A DNA stretch of 63,987 nucleotides, filler included, from Salisapilia sapeloensis CBS 127946 (taxonomy: Eukaryota; Protista; Oomycota): assembly GCA_023334545.1 (NCBI GenBank). It is 6 parts of 6 records of this genome, joined end to end, with 100 filler letters (N's around TTAATTAATTAA, not from the genome) between each part and the next. Parts side by side here need not be neighbours in the genome. Positions count along the whole stretch, not along the records: positions 29,032 to 56,338 come from JAADVB010000237.1; 5 more parts are not named here. One strand, given 5' to 3'. Positions 33,641 through 45,262 of this stretch are shown in pieces (the stretch's first letter is position 1; every line of letters begins with the position of its first letter). Under the pieces are notes generated by a model. That model had not been told where the DNA came from. It ran no database searches and worked only from the letters and a program-made list of their open reading frames with translations. The position numbers and the translations under genes are program-made.

Positions 33641-34326
33641 GGAGAGGTGGTGGCTTGGTAGAACAGGTGCGAGTCGGAAAGTGCGCTCTGCCTTGAGCCC
33701 CGTAACTCTACGCCGGACTCATCCTCAGATTCAATTGCGGTAGACGAGGCACACCGGTGTAGTACAATTGCGAACACTAGGAATTTGTATCGCTTCGCAG
33801 GTGATTGGCTCCGTTCGTAGCGACATGGACGTCGAAGGGACGCCTGCGATCACGGATGGGTGGCTGCGGCAAACTCTACCGCCGAGGAGGTTGCCAAGTC
33901 GGCTCGTTTCATGATTAAACATGCATCGAGGGGACTTCCCGTGGAACGGATGAAAGGAAACTTCCCAGTTATGGTCGGTGGAAAATCTCATCTTTGTAAG
34001 CATTTAGGAGGAAGACTACAGGAAGGCAAACAGGCACCTTTGGACCAGCTCAGCTACATCAAGGTGGATCTGCATAACGATAAATCAAGCCAGGTCAACG
34101 AACACACTACGTTGCACAAACTTTCGCAGAGAACACAAGCAAGTGCAAGTCCTTCCTACAAAGCAGATTAATAGCAGTTGTTTCCGCGAGCCTTTTGTCG
34201 CCAAACAATCTACACCCTGTACAGAAGACGCACCTCATACGTTTTAAAGTAGAACCGGCGAATCTCCAAGCGACGCAAAACCTTCACTCATCTAGAAGAT
34301 ACAGTGTGAGTTCAGACTCTATCAAG

Positions 34327-35538
34327 ATGAGTGCAGCGCCAACGAGCGAGCTGCCGACAGCTCCAGCCCACCCTATTTCGGCCATCACTCATACTCCACC
34401 CACATTGCATGCCGGCAATGCTACAAGCGACACCACGGAAACAAAGCCAGCGCACCCACTAAAGAGCAAAAAGCCTCGTCGCAGCTGCCGCTTTCGCCTA
34501 ATGAACACTATGCTGAGCACGTGCTTCAATCGACGATGGCGAGAAGCCGAGTCAGCAGACAGTTGCACCGATTTTTGGCAGGATGTTGCTTCGAAATACA
34601 CAAGCGAGGACGAGCAGCTTTCGACGCTCCACTTCTACGATCCGCTCTTTTCGTCCATCGATCCATCCTACATCTACTCGTATCCACCTCACCAGCTGCA
34701 AAATATGTGGGCGGGGATCATTGTCGTGTACAAGCACGCAGTCGAAAAGTATGATGCAAGGGGCGTTAAAGATCCATTCGGCTGTTTCTTCGAAGAGTGC
34801 CATGGCCGACTTGACATTCTCTATTTGCACATGGCATTGTCTCTCGAGCCAAAGCTCGCAGCTTTTGTTCTCTCTACGGATCCACTTTCATACAAAGAGC
34901 TGAAGCGAAAAGAAATCGCATCGAATACAGACGGAAAACGGACAAAAGTATCCAAAACGCAGCACCTGCCGTCGGCTGCGACACAACAAACTTCTAATGT
35001 CGCTCCGTATGTAGCATCCTCCATCTCTCTGTGTGAACGACCAAAGGCATTGCAAATTAATCCTCCTCCAATCCCGCAAAGTGTCGATCCAGTTGCGAAT
35101 GGCCGACATGTGCAGGAAGAGTTACCGGCTCCAGGTGAAAACGACAGTCCACTCGACACCAGCTTTGATTTCGTCGGCTTCGTAACGTCTCCATCGCAGT
35201 CGGGCACGTGGGTAGATACGGATAGTGTATACAGCGATCACGCCGGTGCTCAAAGTGCATCTGGAAATCGTTCTGTCGTGTCGTATGGGTCGTACAGCCA
35301 ACGACAGCCATCCTTTTCATCCCCGTCTACATCCAAGTCAAATGCGATGACGAACGACTGGGATGTGATCGAAAGTCGGCTACGAAAAGTCAGCGATTAT
35401 GTCGATCATCTATTCCGTCTGCTCCACAATAATGACGTCGTGCTAGCGCCCCGGCACAAAGGAGAGGTGGAGCGTGATTTGGACTTCTACATGACCATCA
35501 AAAAGAAATTGCAGGCCCAACTGCTCCAAATGATGTAG
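34327..35538 (+). CDS. Hypothetical protein with a Myb/SANT-like helical domain of a family common in oomycetes
   Basis: FRLMNTML...FWQDVA...LQNMW...Y..A..KY...F...CHGRLDILYLH pattern (recalled family resemblance, not searched); C-terminal amphipathic helices. Confidence 0.6.
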   Translation: MSAAPTSELPTAPAHPISAITHTPPTLHAGNATSDTTETKPAHPLKSKKPRRSCRFRLMNTMLSTCFNRRWREAESADSCTDFWQDVASKYTSEDEQLSTLHFYDPLFSSIDPSYIYSYPPHQLQNMWAGIIVVYKHAVEKYDARGVKDPFGCFFEECHGRLDILYLHMALSLEPKLAAFVLSTDPLSYKELKRKEIASNTDGKRTKVSKTQHLPSAATQQTSNVAPYVASSISLCERPKALQINPPPIPQSVDPVANGRHVQEELPAPGENDSPLDTSFDFVGFVTSPSQSGTWVDTDSVYSDHAGAQSASGNRSVVSYGSYSQRQPSFSSPSTSKSNAMTNDWDVIESRLRKVSDYVDHLFRLLHNNDVVLAPRHKGEVERDLDFYMTIKKKLQAQLLQMM

Positions 35539-35792
35539 ATCCATGTAGGACGTGCATCAAATCAAAGCTATTTTTATCCCTGAATCAGCCAAGTCACCGA
35601 AGTAGGCTCGTTACCTCTTCCCTACCTACAACCTTTCGTTCTTGTGCAAAAGTCCTGAAGCGGAGGTGACCACTTAGACACGCACATTATCCAATTTCCC
35701 CAGCGCCCGCCACATCAGCAACCATAGCAGCCACCGCTACGCTTACGCTACCGTCGCTGACCCCTCCATCTTCTGCTCGCCACTCTTCCAAC

Positions 35793-37103
35793 ATGAACCT
35801 CGCCGGACGATCTGCAGGACTGGAAGATGCGATCGAGTTTCTACGAGGAAGACTCTACTACGTCTATCTCAAGAAGCACCCTTCACGCACCAGCGGCGCA
35901 CAGTTTCTCTGCATTGACGACGAGCTCATCTACTGGAACTTCTACCTTGACTTTGGTCCACTTCATTTAGGACACACCTTTGTCTTCGCCGACATGCTCA
36001 ACAAGAAGCTCGCCGAGTGCGACCGAGCTGGAGAACGACTGTATTTTTACTCGTCTGCCCACGGTCAGCGCAGAGCGAACGCAGTGTGCATTCTAGCTTG
36101 CTACGGTATACTCTTTCAGAAGATGACTCCGAAAGCAGCCTTCAGTCCGTTCGCAGACATGAAGTTCCCTCCGTTCCACGACGCCACACCTTCCGTGTGT
36201 ACATTCAACTTAAGCATCCTCGACTGCCTCGAAGGACTCGATCGAGCAATCCGGAGCAACTACATTTCAGTCAAGACATTTGACACACGTGAGTTTCTCC
36301 ACTTTGAAAAGGTTGAAAACGGAGATCTCACGTGGGTTTCACCAAAGTTCATCGCCTTCGCCGGTCCTCACAACCAGTACAAGCGTACACCGCAGGGTCA
36401 CGTGATGCTTCCTCCAGAGCACTACATCCCGTACTTTAAACAGAAGAATGTGACACTCGTGGTGCGTCTCAACGAAAAGCAGTACGACGAGAAAAAGTTC
36501 TTGGCAGCAGGCATCGACCACTTGGATCTAGTATATCCGGATGGAACCAACGCTCCTTTCCCCATCTTGCTCAAGTTCATCGAAGCGTGTGAACGCACTC
36601 CGGGTGCCGTCGCTGTCCATTGCAAGGCCGGGCTTGGACGCACTGGTACGTGCATTGGCGCGTACATGATGAAGCACGATCTGTTCACGGCCCACGAGTT
36701 GATCGGATGGCTCCGACTGTGCCGACCAGGAAGTATCATTGGTCCTCAACAGCAATACATGGAAGCGATCGAGTCACGCATTCATCAGCTTAACCCGAAG
36801 TTTAATGCCCCAGATAACCTACGGAGCTCTTCCGGCGGCTCAAGTGGTATTCGTGGACTAGCGAATGGACTTCGCAACTCCCTCTCCTCCATCCATCCCG
36901 TCAGAGGCAGTCCATCCAGCAGACCAAACTCTGGGAGTCTACTGAGTCCACTGGCATCCAGTAAGCTGCTTCCTTCGCTCGGAGATGGTGTCACGAACAG
37001 CAATAAGCTCATCGGACTCGACACGACACAAGGGGATCGGCTGAATGATCAGAAGAAGGCACGGGGTAGCGTTGGCAGCTCCATGCTAAAATTCAACCGC
37101 TAA
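35793..37103 (+). CDS. CDC14: Dual-specificity phosphatase Cdc14
   Basis: YWNFYLDFGPLHL, ENGDLTWV..KFIAFAGP, VHCKAGLGRT, LRLCRPGSIIGPQQ. Confidence 0.96.
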   Translation: MNLAGRSAGLEDAIEFLRGRLYYVYLKKHPSRTSGAQFLCIDDELIYWNFYLDFGPLHLGHTFVFADMLNKKLAECDRAGERLYFYSSAHGQRRANAVCILACYGILFQKMTPKAAFSPFADMKFPPFHDATPSVCTFNLSILDCLEGLDRAIRSNYISVKTFDTREFLHFEKVENGDLTWVSPKFIAFAGPHNQYKRTPQGHVMLPPEHYIPYFKQKNVTLVVRLNEKQYDEKKFLAAGIDHLDLVYPDGTNAPFPILLKFIEACERTPGAVAVHCKAGLGRTGTCIGAYMMKHDLFTAHELIGWLRLCRPGSIIGPQQQYMEAIESRIHQLNPKFNAPDNLRSSSGGSSGIRGLANGLRNSLSSIHPVRGSPSSRPNSGSLLSPLASSKLLPSLGDGVTNSNKLIGLDTTQGDRLNDQKKARGSVGSSMLKFNR

Positions 37104-37333
37104 GGTCTCTGAAATGACGAGGCTCTGTATACAAAGGCTTATTGATTATCATTTTAAAGAGAGGTCATTTACTTTAATACTGTAAAGAATCGTTGAAATT
37201 TATCATGCACTATAGCTTTCGCTCCCATTCGCATCCTTGTACAAAGTCACAAAGGAAAAGAAAGGATACAAACTCGCTACAGGCAGATACACACTTTGCA
37301 GTAACGAACAGACGAAGGCCATATCAGAAACAC

Positions 37334-38480
37334 TCATATAATTCTTGGACGCACGTGCTTCTCGCGTATACCATTTAGCTGCTCTTTGTCCATTGAAAAC
37401 CAGCGCGGTGAAGCTGTAGACACGTACGCGCGCGTGTTTTTTCCAAAAATCGGTTCAGAACACGCTTTTCGGTACATCGTGTTCGTTGTGACAAGCACTA
37501 GAAGGTAGAAGTGAAAGTTTAAGACTGATTTTCTTGTCACCCAAGTGTGCCGCGTATGTGTTTGATCCAAGCAAATATCTTCACCTGGTGGCCAAATTTT
37601 ATAATCATTAATTATCCTGGATCTTGCTGGCGCTAGATGAAAAAGCGCGTTTCTCATACGAACGATTGGTCTTTTACAATAGCTGGATATTTCGAAAACT
37701 TTGTATTTTGCTCCTGCATAGTCAGCAACTCGTTGCAGGATGCTGCTGCATGTGATCGGTGTGTTATAGTCTCACGAATGTTAGATCGAATTAAAATGCC
37801 CGACCCATCGTGTACAATGGTAACATCGAAGCGCTCAGTAGAGCGTATGGGTACAGCGTATCCACCATATTGTGTACGTCTTTTTGTATCAAGTTTTGCA
37901 GCTCTCTTCGACATGTCACGACGTTATCTTCCCGCCGCGAATCAGATAGGCACTTTGGGTTTCTGCCCTAGCTTTTCCATCCGCTTCGTTTTCTCATCCT
38001 GTTCGGGTTAACTTGGTTTGGCACCTCTCTATCGTTGCCAATGCAACTGGCTACCAAATAAGCTTTACATGTCTACCGTCATGTACTTTCATAAAGACTA
38101 TTTCCGTGTTGGAAAACCCGGTACATTCTTTGCGCTTGGCGACAAAGATACATACCCTTCCTTCATCCTGTATCTTACATGGTAGCTTTATAAGTCGTAG
38201 AAAGGAGCAAAATTGCCTTGTATATGTAGAAGAGTACGAACCGTTCATGTACTGCACTTCTAGAAATGACCATCGCATGTGACAACGATTTCCATCGGAC
38301 TGCAATTTCCAGAAGATGCGAGTCGAGAGCACCATCGTGTCATCTTCAACTGTAGAACTCGTCTCTGTCCCAGATGGCTACACTAACTTCAACCTGGTGA
38401 TATGGCTACATTTTCGTCCCCGAGGCAACCAAGTAAATCCCAGGTTTGAGTTTTTCCGGTATGCGCAGCCTTCCTGTCTA
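37334..38480 (-). CDS. Possible multi-exon hypothetical gene; boundaries unresolved
   Basis: Several GT-AG-bounded open segments can be joined in frame (ELQNLIQKDVHNMVDTLYPY / SILQRVADYAGAKYKVFEI / RIINDYKIWPPGE); no family recognised. Confidence 0.3.
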
Positions 38481-38833
38481 TGTAGGCCATGTGCATGTGC
38501 GTAAAGGGAATGCAATGTGGGAGAAAGACTCTATCAAGGTTATGTAAACGTTTGAATTGCTGAATTGCTACTTGAATGAGAAGGACAATGGGTGGTGCTG
38601 AAGGAAGCAGAATAAGATTGGAAGAGTAGTATGGCTGATTTGCCTGATCAAGTGGGTGTTAAGGAATGTATAGTAGTTGTTGGATGTCAAGACCGTAAAT
38701 AGCACTCACTGCCGAAACGGCAAATCCATATAACGACGCACGCACGCTTATCAACGCATACAATACAACTATTACCCATCTAAAAGCCATCTAAGTCTGT
38801 GCCTTTTGCGCCAACCTCCGTGGTGTTTAACTT

Positions 38834-39139
38834 TCACCGAACGCAAACGGGTGAGGTACTTGCTGCGCTTGAGATCCTGAATAGATGCATCAGGTACGCG
38901 TTATGCTCCGGAATTCCAGGATATGGCATCTGTTCTGGTGACGTCAGCTGGAGGTGGGACGGATTTGCAACTCCAGCCGAAAACTGGCCTTGACTGGCTG
39001 CACGCCGATTTCTCAAGGATCCAGTCGTGGACGACGACACAATATCCTCCCGCGGACGCCATGAGACTTCGTTTTCCTGGCCGAGCTGCTCGGTAAGTTC
39101 TAGAAGTGTTTCGCCTGTGCGCTCGCTCGAAGTAGACAC
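38834..39139 (-). CDS. Small hypothetical ORF
   Basis: ATG-initiated 101-aa ORF; no motif recognised. Confidence 0.25.
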   Translation of the reverse strand: MSTSSERTGETLLELTEQLGQENEVSWRPREDIVSSSTTGSLRNRRAASQGQFSAGVANPSHLQLTSPEQMPYPGIPEHNAYLMHLFRISSAASTSPVCVR

Positions 39140-39653
39140 TTGCGTGAACAGAAACGTCTTGAAACCACTCGACGTTTCAATGCCAAGATTTGCAAGGGTA
39201 TCAAGTCATACTCGTGCGCTTGTGGGCCGTGTAATTGTCAGTCAAGTTCGGATTGTGTCGCTATCCCCATAGTGATTGCCTTACGTCTCGGCCTGGCTTG
39301 TTCAGGAGCTTTTTCTCGGCACTCGTAAAAAAAGAGGCAGCCGGCCGCCACGTAGTTACTCATACCCTACTAACGTCGTGTTGGGACTCGAGTTGCTTTT
39401 GGGCAGCCCCAAAGGGCGCTGGCATACAAACGCCGAGTGTAAATGCGGTCCAGATATATGTTACTGAACCCGTCCTGCAATGCAAGTGTCGCTTAGTACG
39501 CTAGGCCAACTTGTGCGTCTGCGAAAACCAGCCAAAGGAACTGCTTCGATGGCTCATTCCGGAATTTGCCCAGACCAGATCAAAGTACACTAGCCAGTGA
39601 CGCCAACCAGCGCCTTCGCGCACCAACCTACCTCTTCATCACCTCCCAACACA

Positions 39654-40976
39654 ATGCCGTACCTGGTGACCGCTCCCGAAGAGAGCTACGTCGAACAAGT
39701 TACCACGCCCGGACCGACCAAGCTCGACATTTCGGCAGTCGAGTTGTCCGCGGACGAAGAGGAGACCGTCGGCTGGTTTGAAAACACCAGCTCCTCCGCA
39801 GATCGAAGACTCCTCCACCAATATGAGGAGCTCAAGACAGAAATCAACCGACTCCGCCGTCGGGTGTCCATTGTCGAAAGCGACAGGGACACGGTCGTCT
39901 CAGAAGACGATGACGACGCGGATGAAGACGATGCGGGCGAGTTCCAGCGTGTACGGGAGGAAATTGCCCGTAGCCGCAAAGAATCTCGAGCTCTGCTGGA
40001 AGAGCAGACGGAATTGCTGGACGAAATGAACCAGCAGGAACGCTCGTCCATGGCGCGCTTCTTTAACCTGTCCTTTGACACGCACTCGAACGATAACAAA
40101 GCTGCTCTTGCGGAGAGCCTTACGAAGAGCTTGACGGTGGATGCCAACCTACAAGACTTGGAGCGCAGAGCTGCTTGGCTACAGGAAGACCGCTCGGCTC
40201 TGGCACCACTCGGCTCTGCTGGTTCTCAGACGTTCCCTGCGTTTACGACGGTTCGTACTGCTCACAACGGGCGTGACCGGTGTCGTAGCGTTGGAGTCAT
40301 TCGAGAACGCAGCTTGAGCAACAGGCAACTTCTGTCCGAGCTCGAGCGTGAAAAGGAAGGCATCGTCCACGCTTGCCTCCGATCGCGCCATGCAGTGCCA
40401 GAGACGCAGCCGCTCACGTCTGCTTTGGAGATGCATTCGGCCGAACTCCGATCCTGCGACAACATTGCCAAGCAAGTGAAAGTGGTTCGTAGCAACTACC
40501 TTCGCGCCGTTCAACTCCTTCGTCAGGCGAGTCTCATGATCCTGTCTTCGGACTACGACCACAGCCTTCGTAGCTTTATCAAGATTATCTACCCTGCCGT
40601 CGTGGAAGCCGCCCAGGTCGTTCACACTGCCGCAAACCTGCTGCAGCCGGAGGCAAGACGCAAGTACCGCGACTGGGGCCCTCGCATGAAAGTGCAGCTT
40701 CCTAAATTCCCTTCCATCATCACCGAGTTGACCAAGCGATCCCGTGTCAAGGTCGCCGCAAGAAGCACCGTGGCCATGGAAGCTTCCAAGAAGCTGCCGC
40801 AGGCTGAACAGACTGTGCTGCTGTGCCTCGAATCCGTGCTGCGTGTCGTGCAGGAGTCGGATCGATGGCACGAGGCAGTGCTCAAGGACAGCGCCGTGGC
40901 TGCGCAGAACAAGCAAAAGACCGAGGCGCTTTTGCACGAGAAGCTGGCGGTCGCTGTTCGCGCCAACTCGGTTTAG
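39654..40976 (+). CDS. Hypothetical coiled-coil protein
   Basis: 440-aa ORF with coding-like GC3; heptad-rich segments (YEELKTEINRLRRR, ARSRKESRALLEEQ). Confidence 0.75.
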   Translation: MPYLVTAPEESYVEQVTTPGPTKLDISAVELSADEEETVGWFENTSSSADRRLLHQYEELKTEINRLRRRVSIVESDRDTVVSEDDDDADEDDAGEFQRVREEIARSRKESRALLEEQTELLDEMNQQERSSMARFFNLSFDTHSNDNKAALAESLTKSLTVDANLQDLERRAAWLQEDRSALAPLGSAGSQTFPAFTTVRTAHNGRDRCRSVGVIRERSLSNRQLLSELEREKEGIVHACLRSRHAVPETQPLTSALEMHSAELRSCDNIAKQVKVVRSNYLRAVQLLRQASLMILSSDYDHSLRSFIKIIYPAVVEAAQVVHTAANLLQPEARRKYRDWGPRMKVQLPKFPSIITELTKRSRVKVAARSTVAMEASKKLPQAEQTVLLCLESVLRVVQESDRWHEAVLKDSAVAAQNKQKTEALLHEKLAVAVRANSV

Positions 40977-41088
40977 AGACCCCTAGTATCGAGGCTATTT
41001 AAAGATAAGCAGAATGTGCATGTGTGCGTAAATAAGAAAACGTTTTATCTTCTAAATGTGTTTGGTTCGAGTACATGGGAAAATCTTC

Positions 41089-41430
41089 ATGGAGAAGAAC
41101 GTCGTGGTCGAATGCCTATTATCATACGCTCGTTGCGGTTGGGAGAACTATGTCTCTGCCAGCGCCCTGAATCGCACGCTGGTGACTGATGCTGAAGAGG
41201 GTTTTATGCACGACCAACCGTCGAAGAGGACTTCAAAGTCGGGAAAGAAAAGAGGAAGACGAGGCGATGTGGGCGTTACAAAGCGTGTTGTTATATCAGC
41301 GTCGGCAGCCATCTCAGACAGAGAAAGACGTGCACGACATAAACTCAGACGACAACACATGTCTGTTAGTCAATGGAAGAGCGACCATCTGCCACGACCA
41401 CCTTCACCTCCCTACAGACCGATCCAGTAG
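41089..41430 (+). CDS. Possible small basic protein overlapping the PRMT5 stop
   Basis: ATG-initiated ORF only; may be spurious. Confidence 0.25.
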   Translation: MEKNVVVECLLSYARCGWENYVSASALNRTLVTDAEEGFMHDQPSKRTSKSGKKRGRRGDVGVTKRVVISASAAISDRERRARHKLRRQHMSVSQWKSDHLPRPPSPPYRPIQ

Positions 41431-43564
41431 CTCCGTCCGTTCGGATTGTGGATGGGCGCCTGCCGCTTGCCAAGATCCGTCGCCAGCGTCCATTCGTACC
41501 AAACCTTTTGCGCCGTCACGAGTCGCCAGAAGCTCACCTCCATCTTCTCGTCTCGCTCCACGCGCATGGGTGTGCGCAATGGAAAGTAGATTGGGAACCA
41601 ACTGAACATACCGTCCGAGTGCGTCTCCGGGTTAATGCTCAGCGTCACGTCCTTGTACAGCACAGACTCAAAGTAACCTGCGAATCCGTAGACGACACCG
41701 GCCTCGGACGCATGGAACTCCATCTTGCGATATCGCCGGTTGTCAATCTTCTGCTCCCACTTTGGATGCTCAAAAGTGAAGCACGGTTGGACGCCAGCAA
41801 GCGAGTAAAAGTTGTGCAGACGGACGACGTACGGCGTCTCGAACGCCTTGAGACTGTCCTGCTCCTTGACATTGTTCCACAATCGAGACGACATGATCGG
41901 AACTACGTACGACGTGTAGTTGAGCGGAATGCTGATACCGTCTCGCTTAAGGAACCGCTGGGCACCGTCAAGGCACTCTGGACTGAGCTCATTGTCGCCA
42001 AAGGAGCCCAGGAGCTCACTCACCATTATATCCGCCTTCTCGCTCGTCTCCCAGTGCCGCATGTCGCTCGAGACAATCGTCACGTTATCCCACTTCTCTG
42101 CGATCTTCAAATTCCGCAGCGTCACCACCGCATTCGGGTTCTTCTCCACGGCAAACACCCGAATGGTCTTATCAGCGACAGAAGATGCGCGCAGAGCAGC
42201 TCGAACCAGAGGTCCTCGACCTGCGCCAACGACCATGACAACAGTCTCCTCCCTGTCACTGTCTTGAAGCGCTAACGTAATAGCTCGTTCGTACTGGTTG
42301 TACTTGAAGTCGTCCTGCTCAAACGTCTCGTACGTCTGGCTCTCCAGGTTGTCCATGAGTGGCTGAAGAGGAGACTGAAGGTAGTCCAGGTACGGAGCTT
42401 CGAAGCGAGCCTTGGCACTGCTCTCCGCCCCCTCTCTTTTGCTGTAGAGAAAGTGGAGGTACTGGACGTACGGGAGGAACTTGCCCTTGTGCTTCGGACG
42501 GCCCTTGAGGTAGTACTGGATGTTATACTTGAACAGGGCGTGGAGGAACTTTTGGTGTCGCTGGGACAGAGTCGGATATCCCTTTCGGTTCGTCAAGAAG
42601 ACGCTGGTCGGGATGATGACGGCTCGAACAGGTTCTCCCAGCCAGCGAACTAGCTCTTCGGATGGAGGGAGGTCGGCAGTCACTTCCAACGCTACCATCA
42701 GCTTCGGGTTGGACTCGCACATGGAGCGCATGGCGTCCCACGCCTCCCACGGACTCGCTTCCATCGACTCTGCCGATCGGATTGGAAGTGCAAAGCCACC
42801 TCCTGGACTCTCTTCATCTTCTGGGATGGAAGAAGACGCCGCCTTGTCTACTGGACGATATGTAAGTGGAATCCGAAGCCAGAACTGCAAGTACTGCGCT
42901 TGGGTAATGCACTGGTTGACTGCTCGTGCGTAGTTGCTGCATTGGAAGTGATGCCGCGGGGGAGGGAGAAGCACTGCTGGAACGGACAAGTGGGTGGCCC
43001 ACGCCACTTCCTGCTTGAGAGCTTTATCAGCACCTTGACGAGTCGTGCTGCAAGGCGAGTCGAGGTCAAGCCAAGGAGATAGTTTGCCGATCACAGACGA
43101 GGTCCAGCCTCGACTGTCCAACACCAAGTCTGATCCTATTGATGGTAGATAAGACACGTAGATTAGATGCCAAGGTGAGCGACATGGTGGGGATAAGTAG
43201 CTACTGTACGGCATTGTGGGCCGGTTCGATTGTCTGTGATGTCGTCCTCGCTTCGCTTAAATCTATACAAATGCTGTCAGTATTCCATCTCCAATACGTA
43301 TCGGCAATTCCATTCTATTTGTCGGGTAGCTGATGCAGGGAAGAAGTAAAAAGTAAGCATATAGTACTACCTTGGATGGAAGAGGGGTGCCATGATGGCG
43401 ACCATTTTGTCTTCATAAACCTACCAAACCATGCATATATCAGAATTACGTGACTTTATTGCGTCTTCCAGCTTGGTAAATATCAAGTATACCTTGTCCA
43501 GCGTTTCCGGCAAGTCATGGACGAAAGTGGCCTCATACCCGACGAAAATCCGGTCGCTCGCCAT
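41412..43564 (-). CDS. PRMT5: Protein arginine N-methyltransferase 5, with several 5' introns
   Basis: APLFHPR, LQSPLQPLMDNLESQTYETFE, VGAGRGPL, double-E loop SELLGSFGDNELSPECL, MFSWFP, IHNPNGRSY. Confidence 0.96.
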
Positions 43565-43718
43565 CGTCCTGTCTTGGATGTCAATTTCTTGGTTGGCTTC
43601 CGGCTGCATACAAATTGCAAGTATAGAGGTAGGTTTACGACCATACAGGTCAGGTTACCAAAAAGAGTTTTTTGGTGCAATTTGCAATCGATTTCTTGTC
43701 TTTACTTCTTCCTCCGAC

Positions 43719-45026
43719 CTACAGCTCATCCTTGTGGCTGATAGTCCTCTCTAGTTTCCCAGTAGCTTCGCCAGTCGATTTGATCTCCGCTTCATCCACA
43801 TCACCGCTGTGAATGGACGACATGATCCGGTTCCAACCTTCCTTTGTCCCTTTTGCCACTGTCGAGAATTGCTGTTGAAGGGCCTCCATCTGGTGTCCAT
43901 CTAGCTCATTCGCGACAATCAAACTTTTCACAAACGCCTCTCGTTTCTTTGTACCGACTGGCCATTTCGACTTGTCAACGAGCTCCAGGACATTGCGCCA
44001 GGTGTCCGCAATTGAGTTATCCACTTGCAGCTGGACTTTACTCTCTCCTGCCTCGAGCATCTGACGTAACTTGCTAGCAGTCGCCTCAGAGATAGCAAGG
44101 ACAGACAGAGTGACATTGTATCCTTGCCAGGTTTCTGGAGCCGCTGGATGGAGGCCCATGGTGCTATTGTCTACTTCCATCAGCACAACACGAGCTTCGC
44201 TCATCTCAGCAACGTATGCGCGATCCAATATGGAGCATGCACTCGTCGCAGGCAATAGGATCACTTTTCCCTTCACATTCTTGTCCTCGATCCCTTTGCA
44301 TGTTTCCAGTGCGTCTATTGGATTGGCGAGAGAAAGCTCTTCGATTGCAGGCACAATGCCACCGTAGAGCGCAGATACGAAAGGACCAATTGCATTGCCT
44401 TGAGCAGTCTTTAGATGGCCACTGCGAGCAAGACTATGCTCCATGTACTCCTTTCCCATGGCTGTCATTGCCGAACACGAATACGGGCGATTCTGACATA
44501 GCATTGGGAGTAGCTTTCCCTTAATCTGGCCAAATGCTGCTTGTGCACGCATCATGACACCGGCAGTGTGGCGGACCATGACGGCTACTGCTTTGATCTC
44601 ATCCGTGTCTTCGGCAGCCGGAGCCTCGACTGTCTCGTCCGTGCTGACAATGACCACACCAGCAGCACCCATGTCTTGGGCAACTCTCGTCTTCTCCTCA
44701 AACGTACATTCTCCACGGTCAACTACGACCATCACACTGATCCCAGCATTCTTGATGTAATCTACTTCGACCGACGGGAGTGCCTGGCATCCAAAGCGGT
44801 CTTCATCGTATCTCGGGACATAAAACTCTACTTCTTTGTCTAGTATCGGGCCTCCAAAGTCACCACGGAAGTACTGGATCGGAGCATGTCCGTGCCAGAG
44901 GTAGATGCGCCCCCAATGCGGCTCTTTTGGTGGGTCATTTTCTTCAGCATGCACTTCGGCTCCATTCACAGCGCTTGCGGTATGAAGTGCGTATAATGCC
45001 AACGCAAGTAGGCTAGCTAGTCTCAT
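43719..45026 (-). CDS. Signal peptide, two tandem PA (protease-associated) domains and C-terminal KDEL
   Basis: MRLASLLALALYALHTASA; VVVDRGECTFEEKTRVAQDMGAAGVVIV and VILL....CSILDRAYVAEMSEARVVL; ends HKDEL*. Confidence 0.8.
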   Translation of the reverse strand: MRLASLLALALYALHTASAVNGAEVHAEENDPPKEPHWGRIYLWHGHAPIQYFRGDFGGPILDKEVEFYVPRYDEDRFGCQALPSVEVDYIKNAGISVMVVVDRGECTFEEKTRVAQDMGAAGVVIVSTDETVEAPAAEDTDEIKAVAVMVRHTAGVMMRAQAAFGQIKGKLLPMLCQNRPYSCSAMTAMGKEYMEHSLARSGHLKTAQGNAIGPFVSALYGGIVPAIEELSLANPIDALETCKGIEDKNVKGKVILLPATSACSILDRAYVAEMSEARVVLMEVDNSTMGLHPAAPETWQGYNVTLSVLAISEATASKLRQMLEAGESKVQLQVDNSIADTWRNVLELVDKSKWPVGTKKREAFVKSLIVANELDGHQMEALQQQFSTVAKGTKEGWNRIMSSIHSGDVDEAEIKSTGEATGKLERTISHKDEL

Positions 45027-45262
45027 CTCTGCTGTGTCGTACGGGTCGAAAAGGATATTGTGCCAATGTCTCGTGGCGGCCACGCGCGACCTTTCACCAG
45101 ACATATCTTTTCGTACGACTCCTCCGGATATATGTCTTCAACCAAACTTCAAAATCTTACAAGCATACTCTTACGATATACATCTACAGCGAGGTAGAAG
45201 GCTGAAGGAATGATTCAATATGCAACTAGGCCCAAAACAAGCGACTGTACTTTCGTTCATAT

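Noticed and set aside
32834-34171. ORFs 32834-33184 and 33860-34171 as genes
   Set aside because: Non-ATG or weak starts, no motifs, no independent support.
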